This document shows, in pieces, positions 16,998 through 25,905 of a stretch of 41,896 bases of DNA. The notes below the pieces were generated by a model. It was given only the letters and a program-made list of their open reading frames with translations. It did not search any database and had not been told where the DNA came from. This DNA comes from Bacilli bacterium. Its GTDB lineage: Bacteria; Bacillota_I; Bacilli_A; RF39; UBA660. The translations under genes were made by a program, and so were the position numbers. Each line of letters starts with the position of its first letter. Within the stretch, counting starts at the first letter, position 1. Where the stretch lies: the NCBI GenBank assembly GCA_017886705.1, contig JAGHJJ010000085.1, positions 1 through 41,896 on the forward strand, read 5' to 3'.

Positions 16998-18935
16998 GTG
17001 AAAGAATATGGATTTATTAGAGTAGGTGCCATAGTAAATAAATTGTCATTAGCTAATCCTATGAAAAATGCAGAAGAAATCATTAAGGAGATAAAAAAGG
17101 CAGTAACAAAAGGAGTATCGATTGTTACAACACCAGAACTTTCTTTAACAGGCTATACTTGTGGTGATTTATTCTTACAAGATCAATTGTTAATTGATAG
17201 CGAAAAATCCTTACAAAAGGTATTAGAGGAGACTAAAAAACTAGATATTATTTCCATAATAGGAATGCCAATTAGACATGATAATCAGCTGTTTAATTGT
17301 GCTGTAGTAATAGAAAAAGGGAAAATATTAGGTGTCATATCAAAGACTTATATTCCTAATTATCAAGAGTTTTATGAAGCTAGATGGTTTTCTTCTAGTA
17401 AAGAGTTAAAAACAAATGAGGTAGAATTATTAGGTCAATTAGTTCCTATCTCTACTAATTTATTATTTCAAGATAAAACACGAAAAGAGATTACTTTTGC
17501 TATTGATATTTGTGAAGATTTATGGACAGTAACTCCTCCAAGTGATTCTCATGCTTTACATGGCGCAACAATTATCTTTAATTTATCTAGTAGTAATGAA
17601 CTTATTGGAAAACAAGAGTATCGTAAGAGTTTAGTTGCTATGCAATCAGCTAAAACAATTTCTGCTTATATTTATGCATCTAGTGGAGTAATGGAGTCAA
17701 CCTCAGATTTAGTATTTGGTGGTGCTAGTATGATTTATGAAAATGGTTCTTGTTTAGCAGAAAATAAACGCTTTGAACTAGAAAGTAATCTAATTACTGC
17801 AGATATTGATGTTTTAAAATTAGCAAATGATCGTAGAAAAAATAAAAGTTTTATGCATATGGCACCAAGTCAAGAGTACAACGTAATAAAAATAGAGGTA
17901 GTAGATACCATAAAAGAATTACAAAGAGATTATAAAGAATATCCCTTTGTTCCAGCAAATGAACAAGAAAGAAATAACAGATGTGAAGAAATTATAGAAA
18001 TCCAGTCCAGTGCTCTAGCAAGAAGATTAATTCAACTTGGCAATCCAAAATGTGTCATAGGAATGTCTGGAGGACTAGACTCAACTCTTGCTTATCTTGT
18101 TATTGTAAAAGCTTTTGAAAAATTAAATAGAGATACAAAAGATATTATTGGTATTACGATGCCAGGATTTGGAACTACTGGTAGAACTTATCAGAATGCT
18201 ATAGATTTAGTAAAAGAGTATGGAGCAACACTAAAAGAAATTAGTATTAAAGATGCTTCTATTCTACATATGAAAGATATTGGCCTACCAGAAACGGATA
18301 GAAGTGTTACTTATGAAAATATTCAAGCTAGAGAACGTACTCAGATATTGATGGATGTTGCTAATATGGAAGGGGGATTAGTCATTGGTACTGGGGATTT
18401 ATCAGAACTAGCTTTGGGTTGGTGTACTTATAATGGGGATCATATGAGTATGTATGCAGTTAATACTTCTATTCCTAAGACTTTAGTTCGTTATTTAGTT
18501 GGTTGGGTAGCTGATAGGGCTGAAGGAAAGAAAAAAGAAGTTCTAAAAGATATACTAGATACACCAATTTCTCCAGAATTATTACCACCGGACGAAGCAG
18601 GAAATATTTTACAAAAAACGGAATCTAGTATCGGACCATATGTATTACATGACTTCTTTCTTTATCATTTCTTAAGATATGGAGCAACACCTAAAAAGAT
18701 ATATGTTCTAGCAAAATATACTTTTAAAAATAGTTTTACTAAGGAAGAGATAAAAAAATGGTTAAAAGTATTTATTAGACGTTTCTTTACTCAGCAATTT
18801 AAGAGAAACTGTATTCCTGATGGAGTAAAAGTAGGTAGTATTAGCTTATCTCCAAGAGGTGATTTGCGTATGCCAAGTGATGCTAGTTATGAGGCTTGGT
18901 TAAAAGAATTAGATGAGATAAAAGAAGAGGATTGA
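16998..18935 (+). CDS. nadE: Glutamine-dependent NAD+ synthetase
   Basis: Nitrilase domain (PELSLTGY, K..IPNY.EFYE.RWF, ICEDLW) plus synthetase domain (SGGLDST, ENIQARER, GTGDLSE, QQFKR). Start at GTG after AGGAG. Confidence 0.95.
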   Translation: MKEYGFIRVGAIVNKLSLANPMKNAEEIIKEIKKAVTKGVSIVTTPELSLTGYTCGDLFLQDQLLIDSEKSLQKVLEETKKLDIISIIGMPIRHDNQLFNCAVVIEKGKILGVISKTYIPNYQEFYEARWFSSSKELKTNEVELLGQLVPISTNLLFQDKTRKEITFAIDICEDLWTVTPPSDSHALHGATIIFNLSSSNELIGKQEYRKSLVAMQSAKTISAYIYASSGVMESTSDLVFGGASMIYENGSCLAENKRFELESNLITADIDVLKLANDRRKNKSFMHMAPSQEYNVIKIEVVDTIKELQRDYKEYPFVPANEQERNNRCEEIIEIQSSALARRLIQLGNPKCVIGMSGGLDSTLAYLVIVKAFEKLNRDTKDIIGITMPGFGTTGRTYQNAIDLVKEYGATLKEISIKDASILHMKDIGLPETDRSVTYENIQARERTQILMDVANMEGGLVIGTGDLSELALGWCTYNGDHMSMYAVNTSIPKTLVRYLVGWVADRAEGKKKEVLKDILDTPISPELLPPDEAGNILQKTESSIGPYVLHDFFLYHFLRYGATPKKIYVLAKYTFKNSFTKEEIKKWLKVFIRRFFTQQFKRNCIPDGVKVGSISLSPRGDLRMPSDASYEAWLKELDEIKEED

Positions 18936-18980
18936 AAGAGAAAACTGGTTGTTATATAATAACCAGCAGGAGGGTAATTA

Positions 18981-19481
18981 ATGAAGCAGTTAATAGAATT
19001 TGAAAATGGAGAAGTAAAAGATGCTAAGCTTACTTCCATGAGAGTACGTGATATTTTTGATGATTGTTTATTTAAAGAGGAAGAATTAGAAGAAGGAAAT
19101 CCTACAAAAGAATTTAATGTTGTAGAAGGCGTGATGATACAAGCTGTTTTTAATACGGAAAGACTAAATCAACATAAGCTAGAAATTGATGAAATGATTG
19201 ATGAGATTGCTAATATTGATAAAGGGCCACACTTTTTAAATATGTGTACTAGAAAAGATGGTAGTTTGTGGACTGGTGAACATTTTGTGGTAGATCAATT
19301 AATGGTTTTAGGGCTAGCTACGGAAAAATTAAAAGTACCATTAGATATTCCCAAGAAAGAATGGGGAGATTTCTTTCCATATGGAATGCCCTTTGTAATA
19401 AAGGACCAGCAGAAAACTAGTGTACCAGTAATAGGTGAAAATCCAAAAAACTATAAGACCGTGATGAAATTAATAAAGTAA
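18981..19481 (+). CDS. Conserved hypothetical protein (FLNxC..DG..WTG.H...QL..LG motif; family I associate with phages/MGEs)
   Basis: RBS GGAGGG; recognisable motif pattern, function unknown. Confidence 0.7.
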   Translation: MKQLIEFENGEVKDAKLTSMRVRDIFDDCLFKEEELEEGNPTKEFNVVEGVMIQAVFNTERLNQHKLEIDEMIDEIANIDKGPHFLNMCTRKDGSLWTGEHFVVDQLMVLGLATEKLKVPLDIPKKEWGDFFPYGMPFVIKDQQKTSVPVIGENPKNYKTVMKLIK

Positions 19482-19524
19482 AAAACAGTATAGAGGAGCA
19501 ATCCTCTTAAATTTAAATATATGA

Positions 19525-19543
19525 TATTAATAAAATGTTAATA
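19525..19543 (+). promoter_or_regulatory. Operator copy before radical SAM gene
   Basis: TATTAA TAAAATG TTAATA directly before AGGAGG. Confidence 0.75.
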
Positions 19544-19555
19544 AGGAGGATAAAT

Positions 19556-20608
19556 ATGAAAATAGTAAAGAACAAATTCGGGGAAGGAATACTTTACCAA
19601 GAAGAAGATTTAAAAGGAAAAATTTATGCAACAAGTGCAGCTTGTATGTCTGTGTGGAGTGATATGTTATCTTTTGCAAATAAATATAAAGATAGGTTTG
19701 TAAGTGAAATAGGGAATGCTGATAGTATCGTTGTATTAGGTTGTCAAGTAACAGATTTAGCAGTATTAAATGATCTAAATGTTGCAAACAAATTGCATGA
19801 AGAAACAGGAAAAGATATTTTCATGGGAGGATGTCTTGCTCAAAGAATGGATATACCATTACCAGAATATATCAAAAGATTAGATGTAGTTAGAGTAATA
19901 GGACAAGAATTAGATGACAGAAGTTTAGTTCATTATGAAAAACCCTTCTGGGTACCAGAGTTTGAAGAAAGTAAAGATAATTTAAAAGAAGGTAATCTAT
20001 TTAGAAATTATTATCCATTAAAGATTGGTGCAGGTTGCCATGGAAAGTGTAAATATTGTACCATTCGTCATACTAGAGGAGAAGGGTATGAAATGGTACC
20101 AGAAGAGCAAATTGAAGAATTTTTAAATCATGAACATGTGGTGTTAACATCTGATAGTCCTACTGTATCTCAAGTAAAAGCCTGGTGTAGGATTGCCAAA
20201 GAATGTAATAAGGAAATATCTATTAGAAATATTGAGCCACAGAACTTAATACAATGTAGAGAAGAACTATTAGAGTTAGCAGATAACCACTTATTAGATA
20301 TTGTTCACTGTCCCGTACAAAGTTTTGATTCAGAACTATTAAAAGCAATGAATAGAAGTGTTACTGCAACAAATCAAGCAGTAGACTTATTATATGAATT
20401 AAGAGAAAAAGAAGTTATTACGGCTACGAATATTATTATCGATTATATGACAGATGGAAAACTATATCCAAATCATGACATTGAGAAATTACAAGAAAAC
20501 TTTGATTATTATTCTTGGAATCCTTACTTTGATGGTAATTTTGATATGGATAGAGCAAAGCAACGATTTAAAAAATATATCACAAATGAAAAAGTAACTC
20601 AAAAATAA
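19556..20608 (+). CDS. Methylthiotransferase-like radical SAM protein (UPF0004-like N-domain plus radical SAM core, no TRAM)
   Basis: Three N-terminal Cys (AAC, LGCQV, GGCLAQ) as in MiaB/RimO/MtaB; KIGAGCHGKCKYCTIRHTRG CxxxCxxC; HCPVQS...LKAMNR. Confidence 0.8.
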   Translation: MKIVKNKFGEGILYQEEDLKGKIYATSAACMSVWSDMLSFANKYKDRFVSEIGNADSIVVLGCQVTDLAVLNDLNVANKLHEETGKDIFMGGCLAQRMDIPLPEYIKRLDVVRVIGQELDDRSLVHYEKPFWVPEFEESKDNLKEGNLFRNYYPLKIGAGCHGKCKYCTIRHTRGEGYEMVPEEQIEEFLNHEHVVLTSDSPTVSQVKAWCRIAKECNKEISIRNIEPQNLIQCREELLELADNHLLDIVHCPVQSFDSELLKAMNRSVTATNQAVDLLYELREKEVITATNIIIDYMTDGKLYPNHDIEKLQENFDYYSWNPYFDGNFDMDRAKQRFKKYITNEKVTQK

Positions 20609-20612
20609 TGAG

Positions 20613-21125
20613 TTACTTTTTCATTTGAATTTGATAAATTTTTACTTTTTCTACATGGTCTATTTGGTATAGGGAAGTATTCCTAGGAACCAGACCATCA
20701 TAGATTAGAATTCCTCCGTTTTTAATAGCAATACGTTGTGAGTAAATATTATCAGGTAGGGTAGATATTAAAATTCCTTCTTTCATAGCATAAGTATTTT
20801 GTTGCAATAGTTCTTTTAAAAGAGAAAGACTTTGTGTACCATATCCCTGATGTTGAAAAGAATCATAAACCGTATAATCTACATTTCCACCATAGAAAAA
20901 CTCATCATATAGTGTTGCTTGAAAACCAATTTCTCCGACCAATTCTAAAGTATCACATTTTACAACATCAAAAGAAAGAAAAGCAGAAGTAGCAATATTG
21001 GTATCAAAACTATTAGATAGTAATCCAATTTTATCATTGGTAATTACTGGTTGATATTCTTCTTTTGTAACCGTAGTAGGTCTACTAATAATGGTTTTAT
21101 TGATATAGTCATAAAAGTTTTGCAT
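20613..21125 (-). CDS. GNAT family N-acetyltransferase
   Basis: GNVDYTV...QHQGYGT acetyl-CoA motif A and N..SQRIA.KNGG motif. Confidence 0.85.
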   Translation of the reverse strand: MQNFYDYINKTIISRPTTVTKEEYQPVITNDKIGLLSNSFDTNIATSAFLSFDVVKCDTLELVGEIGFQATLYDEFFYGGNVDYTVYDSFQHQGYGTQSLSLLKELLQQNTYAMKEGILISTLPDNIYSQRIAIKNGGILIYDGLVPRNTSLYQIDHVEKVKIYQIQMKK

Positions 21126-21163
21126 ATCACATCTTCTTTCAAATAGGGTGTTCTTATTGTAAT

Positions 21164-22150
21164 TTATTTTTTTCTAAATTGCAAAGGCTTTTCTTCTTTT
21201 TGTATACTTAAGAATCTTTGATAATCATCCTCTGATATTTCTATAAGCAAAGGATGGTTAGGAGAATCTAGTTTTTCTACCAAATCATAGCCAAAAGAGA
21301 AAAAACTAGAAACACTTTCAAAACTTTTTTGATATTGCTGATTTACAAACCCATCTGGTTTAAAACAAATAGCAAACCTACTATTACCATCTTTTGTACT
21401 TTTACCCAGGTAGACTTCTTTAGTATTTTGCGACTGATTTGCATCTTGCGTTGTGTTAGAGGTAGATAAGTTTATTAAAGAAAAAGGAATCTCTTCTCTT
21501 TTTTTCTGATAAGCTTTTAATATTTTAGAGTCAACAGTTCCAATAGGTAAAAACTCTTCTTTAAAACTTGCTTCTTGTGTTTTTAGATTGATACTTTTGA
21601 TAACTCTAGAAATTTCTTCTCCATCAGGTAAAAAAACAGAAGAAAGATTAGATAGGAACGGTACGTTATCACGATACCATAGCCAGGAAAGATTTACAAA
21701 TACTAAAGATTTATTATCACTCAATTTCATGGTTAAGTCATAAGTGGAAAGAGAATCTGGATCTTTATGTTCTTTATCAAAATAACAAAAATCGACTTCC
21801 TGGTGAAAAGATAATGATTTCTTGTTGTCTAATGTTACCTTCATGATGCGTTTACTCATACATCGTCCTTTGGTATCATTTTCAACATATTTTAACAAGC
21901 TAGTAACACTATCATCTGTCTTTTTTATATCAAATTTCATATCTAGTTCAATATCATGACCGTTCTTTGTTTTACTATACTGTTGTGCTAATTCGATATT
22001 ATTACTAATTTCAGCAGTACGAAATAAAAACATTTCATAATAATAATTATGAACAAATTCCTTAGGTATACGCCAGTATAATTTTTTAAAGTCGTTGGAA
22101 AAAGCTAACATCTTATCTATTTTTACTTGTTGATATGACGTAAAACTCAT
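21164..22150 (-). CDS. Orphan hypothetical protein
   Basis: 328-aa ORF with RBS AAGGTG; no recognised motif. Confidence 0.7.
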   Translation of the reverse strand: MSFTSYQQVKIDKMLAFSNDFKKLYWRIPKEFVHNYYYEMFLFRTAEISNNIELAQQYSKTKNGHDIELDMKFDIKKTDDSVTSLLKYVENDTKGRCMSKRIMKVTLDNKKSLSFHQEVDFCYFDKEHKDPDSLSTYDLTMKLSDNKSLVFVNLSWLWYRDNVPFLSNLSSVFLPDGEEISRVIKSINLKTQEASFKEEFLPIGTVDSKILKAYQKKREEIPFSLINLSTSNTTQDANQSQNTKEVYLGKSTKDGNSRFAICFKPDGFVNQQYQKSFESVSSFFSFGYDLVEKLDSPNHPLLIEISEDDYQRFLSIQKEEKPLQFRKK

Positions 22151-22209
22151 ATTTTCACCTTCCTTTATAAAGTATCATAATATAATAAAGAAATTTTTGC
22201 AAAAAATAG

Positions 22210-22245
22210 TTGACAAATTTTATAGTTATTAATATAATGTTAATA
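22210..22245 (+). promoter_or_regulatory. Consensus SigA promoter overlapped by palindromic operator
   Basis: TTGACA-17-TATAAT; TAGTTATTAATATAATGTTAATAACA identical to the pncA promoter segment. Confidence 0.85.
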
Positions 22246-22280
22246 ACAGATAACAAATCTGATATTTTTGTAAAAATTGT

Positions 22281-22299
22281 TATTAACAAAAATATAATA
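22281..22299 (+). promoter_or_regulatory. Second operator copy before 22317 RBS
   Basis: TATTAA CAAAAAT ATAATA before GAAAGGAG. Confidence 0.6.
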
Positions 22300-22316
22300 A
22301 GAAAGGAGAAAGTAGT

Positions 22317-22721
22317 ATGGAAATGACAATTACAAAAGATAAAGTAGAGAGAATTTTAACGGATTATTATCGCACTAGAGAAGATATTAAAGGAACGGTA
22401 AAAATGAAAACAAAAAAAGAACAAGTTGGATACTACACAAGTGAGCATACTGCAGCAGTTACAACGATAGAACTTTCTGGAACTACAACACTTTTTGGTA
22501 CAGAAATACCAGTAAAAAGAGTGATACCGTTCGAAGAGTATGAAGGCATTTTTAAAAGCTTATTAGAAGAACAAGGTTATGAAGTAAATAAATTATGGAT
22601 TGATAATGGTGTAAATACAGAATGGACAGGTTGGGGACCAATGGAGTCTAGAGAGGAAAAGCCATATTGTAATGGAATAACAATAGATGTAGATAAACAA
22701 GTAAAAGAATACAGAAAATAA
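22317..22721 (+). CDS. Hypothetical protein heading the prs-nadD transcript
   Basis: RBS AAGGAG; 134 aa; no recognised motif. Confidence 0.75.
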   Translation: MEMTITKDKVERILTDYYRTREDIKGTVKMKTKKEQVGYYTSEHTAAVTTIELSGTTTLFGTEIPVKRVIPFEEYEGIFKSLLEEQGYEVNKLWIDNGVNTEWTGWGPMESREEKPYCNGITIDVDKQVKEYRK

Positions 22722-22741
22722 TTTATTTTTTTAATATTAGA

Positions 22742-22760
22742 TATTAACAATATATTAATA
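22742..22760 (+). promoter_or_regulatory. Operator copy before prs
   Basis: TATTAA CAATATA TTAATA before GAGAGGTG. Confidence 0.75.
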
Positions 22761-22775
22761 AGAGAGGTGAGAAAT

Positions 22776-23849
22776 ATGAATAATTTAAAGATAATTGTTT
22801 TAGATAACATGAGAGAAGTAGGAAATAATGTTAATTTAAAATTAAAAAAATTAAGAGGTGAAAATAGGGATTACTTATTAAAGATTACAGAAAGTAGATT
22901 TTCTAATGGGGAAGGTAAAGTAAAAATTGAGGATACTGTAAGAGAGAAAGATATTTATTTACTAGCAGATGTAGGAAATTATGGAATTACTTATAATATG
23001 CATGGGTTTACACATCATATGGCACCAGATGAACATTTTCAAGATATCAAAAGAACCATTTCAGCTATCTCTGGATATTCAGAAAAAGTAACTGTAATTA
23101 TGCCACTTTTATATCAATCAAGACAACATAAAAGGAAGGGAAGAGAGTCCGCAGACTGTGCTTTAGCACTACAAGAATTAGAACGATTAGGAGTAGACCA
23201 TATTATTACTTTTGATGCTCATGATCCTACAATTTCTAATGCCATTCCTAATTTACCATTTGAAAATATCTATCCAACCAATACCATTTTAGAGGATTTA
23301 TTAAAGAATGAAGATTTAAATGATATTTTAGTAATTAGTCCAGATTTAGGAGCGACAGAACGTGCTAGATACTTTGCTGAAATGTTAGATACTAATGTCG
23401 GAGCTTTTTATAAAAGACGAGATTTAACAAAAGTAGTGAATGGTAAAAATCCTATTATAGAACATACTTACATGGGACCAAGTGTAAAAGGGTGTGATGT
23501 TTTAGTAGTAGATGACATGATAGCAAGTGGTACTTCTATGTTGGAAGTAGGAGAAAAGTTAAAAAAAGATGGTGCTAATAAAGTGTATTTTATTGCAACT
23601 TTCTCCCTATTTACAGAAGGAATAGAAGAATTTGATAAAGCGTATCAAAATAATTATTTCGATAAACTATACACAACAAACCTATCTTACATTCCAGAAG
23701 AATATAGAAATAAAGAATGGCATCATACAGTAGATTGTTCCGAGAGTATTGCAGAGATTATCAATACTTTACATAATAAAGAATCGTTAAGACCGTTATT
23801 TAATGGAAAAGAGAAAATATTAACATTACGAAAGGAGAAAAAATTATGA
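22776..23849 (+). CDS. prs: Ribose-phosphate pyrophosphokinase (PRPP synthetase)
   Basis: RFSNGEG, SRQH.R.GRES, TFDAH, SPDLGA..RA, VVDDMIASGTS. Confidence 0.93.
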   Translation: MNNLKIIVLDNMREVGNNVNLKLKKLRGENRDYLLKITESRFSNGEGKVKIEDTVREKDIYLLADVGNYGITYNMHGFTHHMAPDEHFQDIKRTISAISGYSEKVTVIMPLLYQSRQHKRKGRESADCALALQELERLGVDHIITFDAHDPTISNAIPNLPFENIYPTNTILEDLLKNEDLNDILVISPDLGATERARYFAEMLDTNVGAFYKRRDLTKVVNGKNPIIEHTYMGPSVKGCDVLVVDDMIASGTSMLEVGEKLKKDGANKVYFIATFSLFTEGIEEFDKAYQNNYFDKLYTTNLSYIPEEYRNKEWHHTVDCSESIAEIINTLHNKESLRPLFNGKEKILTLRKEKKL

Positions 23850-24475
23850 AAATAGGAATATTCGGAGGAAGTTTTAATCCCCCTCATAAGATGCATAAAA
23901 ATATAGCCAAAGAATTAATTAAACACGGTTATGTCGATAAAGTTATCTTTGTACCTACAGGAACAAAATATGAATATAAAAACAACCTAGAATCAAATGC
24001 TACTAGGTATATGATGTTAACACTTATGATAGAAAATGAAAAAGATTTATCCCTAAGTAAGTACGAATTACAAGATAGGCCAGTCTACACATATGAGACT
24101 CTAGATCATTTTAAAAGAAGATATCCAGAAGATGACATTTACTTTATTTGTGGAACAGATAATTTAAGTTATATAGATCAATGGAAAAGAGGAGACTATA
24201 TCTTAAAAAACTATAAAATTTTAGTTATTAAAAGAACAACCGACGAATTAGAACCATTATTAGAAAAATATAAAAATTATCAAAAAAATATAATCGTCAC
24301 TTCTATCAAAGAAGAAACATTATCTTCTACTTATATTAGAGAAGAGATAAAGAAGAAAAAACAAGGTAATATCAAAAAATATCTAGATAAAAAAGTATAT
24401 CAATATATAAAAGAAAATCATTTATATGAAGAAAAGACGGAAAGAAAGTGTTTCTATGCTATTAAAAGTTATTAA
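23846..24475 (+). CDS. nadD: Nicotinate-nucleotide adenylyltransferase
   Basis: GIFGGSFNPPHKMH, YTYETL, FICGTD..W, LSSTYIR, YIKENHLY. Confidence 0.93.
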   Translation: MKIGIFGGSFNPPHKMHKNIAKELIKHGYVDKVIFVPTGTKYEYKNNLESNATRYMMLTLMIENEKDLSLSKYELQDRPVYTYETLDHFKRRYPEDDIYFICGTDNLSYIDQWKRGDYILKNYKILVIKRTTDELEPLLEKYKNYQKNIIVTSIKEETLSSTYIREEIKKKKQGNIKKYLDKKVYQYIKENHLYEEKTERKCFYAIKSY

Positions 24476-24582
24476 AAAACTCTAACTTTGACGAAATATA
24501 AGGTTATATCAAAAACAGAATTGAATAAGAAAATTTTGTTAAAATAACAAGTTTGTGTTAAAGTATAGCAAGAGGTGGTTTT

Positions 24583-25332
24583 ATGTTAGGATCAATTATT
24601 GGTCATATTCTAGGAGAAAATTATGGAAGAGAAGGTAGAAGTGTTAAAGATACAAAGGATATTGTTAATTTATTATCTGGTGATAACTTAATCCAAAACA
24701 AAAAGAAAATATCTGAAATTTGTGCTATTTACGATGCTATTATCAATGGAGATAGTAACTATAGTGATTATTTAGAAAAAAGTGATAGTAAAAGTGATGA
24801 TAGTATAGCAGCAATGCGTGTTACTCCTGTTGGTTTTTGCTTTGATCAATTTGAACAAATAGAAGATGAAGCAAAAGAGGCAACGATTCCTACACATGAT
24901 ACAGATGATGCAAAAAAAGCTAGTAAAGCCGTTGCACTTAGTATTTATTTGTTAAGGATTGGCATGCCAAAAAGACGATTAGAAGATTATATGAAACTAA
25001 AATATTATTCTATGAATTATGAACTTGAGGAGTTACAAGAAGATTCTTTTTCTAAAAATGATAAAGAGACAGTACCATATGCTATGGTTTGCTTTTTTAA
25101 ATCAAATTCATTTGAAAATGCGATTGCAAACGCCTTATCGATAGGCGGAGATAGTAGTACTATCACTAGTATTACAGCATCCCTTGCCGAAGCTTATTAT
25201 GGAATTCCAGAAAAAGTAGTAGAAAAATCAAGAGAAATATTGGACGATGGTACTTATAATTTATTAAAAGATAAATATTTTAGTTCCAAAGTGTACAGAA
25301 TAAGAACAGATAATAGAGGACAATATGATTAA
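24583..25332 (+). CDS. ADP-ribosylglycohydrolase (ARH/DraG) family protein, catalytically degenerate
   Basis: MLGSIIG.I.G, AAMRVTP, PTH, ETVP.A, SIGGDSST..I..SLAEAYYGIP; several Mg-binding Asp residues lost. Confidence 0.85.
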   Translation: MLGSIIGHILGENYGREGRSVKDTKDIVNLLSGDNLIQNKKKISEICAIYDAIINGDSNYSDYLEKSDSKSDDSIAAMRVTPVGFCFDQFEQIEDEAKEATIPTHDTDDAKKASKAVALSIYLLRIGMPKRRLEDYMKLKYYSMNYELEELQEDSFSKNDKETVPYAMVCFFKSNSFENAIANALSIGGDSSTITSITASLAEAYYGIPEKVVEKSREILDDGTYNLLKDKYFSSKVYRIRTDNRGQYD

Positions 25333-25894
25333 AAAAATAGCTATTAATCCAGACTGGTTTTACCATCGTATACAATTAGAAAAATTAGAAGATATTCTAA
25401 ATACTGGAGCTATTCTTTCTAGAAGACAACAGGGATATCGGAAAATGGATCATACTACTTGGAATGGACTAGATTATATTTCTTTAGCAAAAAGAGAAGA
25501 ATCGGTATGGAATAGTTCCTATAGAAGATTTATTTCTTCCTCCTATGCTTTTATTTTAGCTGGAATTCCAGTAAATAATACGAAGTATATAGAAGATTAT
25601 AATTATGAATTATGGCGTAAATTATCGAAATTGTTTCCCAGTCAGCGCTTCTCACCTTATGAAGATGAGTATCAAGTAAAAGATAAAATAAGTCTAGATA
25701 CTGTAATTGGAATTAAAATACCAGATAAAGAAAAAGACTTTTCTTCGGTGGAGTTTTATAAAGAAAAAGATTGTGCTATTGATATTGTTTTAAATAAGTT
25801 AGGAAGTAATTTAGAAAGTGTTCCTTTTATTGATATTAATGAAGGATTACAAATAGATAGATGTGATATAAAAAAATATATGAAAAATAGATAA
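25325..25894 (+). CDS. Hypothetical protein, putative ADP-ribosyltransferase fold
   Basis: FYH....L..IL.TG.ILSR, YISL strand and EDEYQV...I....IGI pattern resemble DarT/ART-like folds; overlaps the ARH gene by 8 nt. Confidence 0.5.
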   Translation: MIKKIAINPDWFYHRIQLEKLEDILNTGAILSRRQQGYRKMDHTTWNGLDYISLAKREESVWNSSYRRFISSSYAFILAGIPVNNTKYIEDYNYELWRKLSKLFPSQRFSPYEDEYQVKDKISLDTVIGIKIPDKEKDFSSVEFYKEKDCAIDIVLNKLGSNLESVPFIDINEGLQIDRCDIKKYMKNR

Positions 25895-25905
25895 GGAGAA
25901 TAAAA

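Noticed and set aside
14850-23849. prs plus phosphoribosyltransferase as phage-type NARP1 (Adps/Namat)
   Set aside because: The transferase has canonical Firmicutes PncB motifs and comes with PncA, NadD and NadE, i.e. the deamidated salvage route; the two genes are not adjacent.
24455-24550. Tiny ORF and TTGTTA-AAA-TAACAA palindrome after nadD
   Set aside because: ORF is only 9 codons; palindrome spacing differs from the N7 operator and occurs once.
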